Positions 1 to 729 of a stretch of DNA of 729 nucleotides are shown here, piece after piece. The notes below the pieces were generated by a model, which saw only the letters and a list, made by a program, of their open reading frames with translations, ran no database searches and had not been told where the DNA came from. The DNA is from Escherichia coli. Its GTDB lineage: Bacteria; Pseudomonadota; Gammaproteobacteria; Enterobacterales; Enterobacteriaceae. The stretch lies in assembly GCF_003334765.1 (NCBI RefSeq), contig NZ_QOWT01000103.1; one strand, written 5' to 3'. A program made the translations under genes and the position numbers. Numbering within the stretch: position 1 is the first letter of the stretch; each line of letters opens with the position of its first letter.

Positions 1-267
1 GTGGATGCCGGGCGACAATTATTATCTTCACAGGGGGATGCAATAAGAAATATTGAGGGATTCGCAGATGGCGGGATCGGCATGTCTTTTGATGCAATCA
101 GAGGGGCTTTTTACGATGCAGGAACACGATCAACGACAATGGCGAATAACACAACTGCTATAGGCAAAACCGATGACCTTGGATTCGACGCCTCTCGTGT
201 CGTGCCAACAGCTAATGAAAACCGTCCACGTAACATCGCCTTTAATTATATTGTGAGGGCTGCATAA
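1..267 (+). CDS. Tail fibre protein, C-terminal (distal tip) fragment; 5' end lies outside the window
   Basis: Frame +1 is open from base 1 to a TAA stop at 265-267. The GTG at 1-3 is most likely an internal Val codon, not a start. The 88 translated residues (…NENRPRNIAFNYIVRAA*) are rich in Gly/Ala/Thr/Asn/Asp and contain no His, Cys or Trp, which suits a fibre tip domain. The main support is context: the stop overlaps the start of a recognisable tfa gene, the canonical fibre-then-chaperone order. Family assignment is from context and composition, not a database hit. Confidence 0.65.
   Translation: MDAGRQLLSSQGDAIRNIEGFADGGIGMSFDAIRGAFYDAGTRSTTMANNTTAIGKTDDLGFDASRVVPTANENRPRNIAFNYIVRAA
254..259 (+). 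promoter_or_regulatory. Shine-Dalgarno-like ribosome binding site for tfa, embedded in the 3' end of the fibre gene
   Basis: TGAGGG at 254-259 (core GAGG 255-258) lies 8 nt upstream of the tfa ATG at 267. With the TAATG overlap this fits translational coupling. Confidence 0.5.
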
Positions 268-729
268 TGAAACCTGTTTTTGATGAAAATGGGCTGGCTA
301 CAGTACCGGGTAATATGCGTTGTTTTTATTATGAGGCAGTTACGTATGAATATACTGGCTGGTCTGATGAATATATTAATACTGGCGTAAGTATGCCCGC
401 CTGTTCCACTGGTATTGACCCGGGCGAATACATTCCGGGAAGAGTGGCAGTATTTACGGGTAAGGGATGGAGCCATGAAGAAGACCATCGCAATGAGACT
501 GTTTACTCAACAGAAAATGGCGCAGCTGTTACAGTGGATTATATCGGTGCCATCAAAGACGGTTATGTCACGCTTTCACCGTTAACGCCATACGATAAAT
601 GGGATGGTGAGAAATGGGTGACGGATACCGAGGCACAGCATAGCGCCGCACTAGACGCGGCAGAAGTAAAGCGCCAGTCGCTGATTGATGCTGCAATGGC
701 TTCCATCAGTCTGATTCAGCTGAAATTAC
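267..729 (+). CDS. tfa: Tail fibre assembly protein (Tfa-type chaperone, Caudovirales tail fibre assembly family); 3' end lies outside the window
   Basis: ATG at 267-269 opens frame +3, which stays open for 154 codons to the window edge (last full codon 726-728). My translation is MKPVFDENGLATVPGNMRCFYYEAVTYEYTGWSDEYINTGVSMPACSTGIDPGEYIPGRVAVFTGKGWSHEEDHRNETVYSTENGAAVTVDYIGAIKDGYVTLSPLTPYDKWDGEKWVTDTEAQHSAALDAAEVKRQSLIDAAMASISLIQLKL. From memory, the stretch …VAVF…W…EDHR..TVY…W.G..WV.DTEA… lines up with lambda Tfa (…[26 protein letters not shown]…YQKWNGTAWVKDTEAEK…KKSLMQ…), and the N-terminal VFDEN motif resembles the IVYDEN motif inside P2 gpG and Mu U. A GAGG at 255-258 sits 8 nt upstream of the ATG. 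Confidence 0.85.
   Translation, partial: MKPVFDENGLATVPGNMRCFYYEAVTYEYTGWSDEYINTGVSMPACSTGIDPGEYIPGRVAVFTGKGWSHEEDHRNETVYSTENGAAVTVDYIGAIKDGYVTLSPLTPYDKWDGEKWVTDTEAQHSAALDAAEVKRQSLIDAAMASISLIQLKL

Noticed and set aside
1-3. GTG at position 1 as the start codon of an 88-aa protein (the ORF track shows M)
   Set aside because: The frame is open from the very first base, so the ORF is almost certainly truncated by the window edge. An 88-aa stand-alone protein directly upstream of tfa is less plausible than the C-terminus of a much longer fibre protein.
1-267. Diversity-generating retroelement (DGR) variable region at the fibre C-terminus
   Set aside because: DGR targets need a nearby template repeat and reverse transcriptase, neither of which is visible in the window. 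The fibre is followed by a Tfa chaperone, which fits a conventional fibre tip. It cannot be excluded without flanking sequence, but nothing here supports it.
246-488. Minus-strand ORF of 80 aa (MVFFMAPSLTRKYCHSS…) from the six-frame track
   Set aside because: It lies antisense to the well-supported tfa and the fibre 3' end. It has low-complexity, Ile/Phe/Arg-rich composition typical of antisense frames in AT-rich coding DNA, and I see no convincing SD upstream of its start at 488. Most likely spurious.
1-729. CRISPR array, tRNA or other structured RNA, or insertion-sequence ends
   Set aside because: There are no regularly spaced direct repeats, no cloverleaf-compatible segment, and no terminal inverted repeats. 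Both long frames on the + strand are accounted for by protein-coding sequence.
267-729. Absence of tfa from the provided ORF track as evidence against a gene
   Set aside because: Frame +3 has no stop codon between 267 and the window end, so an ORF finder that requires a stop would not report it. Manual translation gives a clean 154-codon open frame with a recognisable Tfa-like sequence.

Overview
The window looks like a phage or prophage tail-fibre host-range module, read entirely on the + strand. It holds the 3' end of a tail fibre gene (1..267), then a tail fibre assembly chaperone gene (tfa, 267..729, running off the window), joined by a TAATG stop/start overlap with a Shine-Dalgarno-like GAGG upstream. 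The tfa call rests on my own translation and on recalled similarity to lambda Tfa and P2 gpG; the ORF track omits this frame only because it has no stop in the window. I see no RNA genes, CRISPR repeats, transposon ends or clear promoters or terminators. Nothing in these 729 bp supports a novel system: the findings are a standard, well-known fibre/chaperone cassette plus several low-confidence sequence curiosities. Whether it sits in an invertible segment, prophage or tailocin cannot be judged without flanking sequence.
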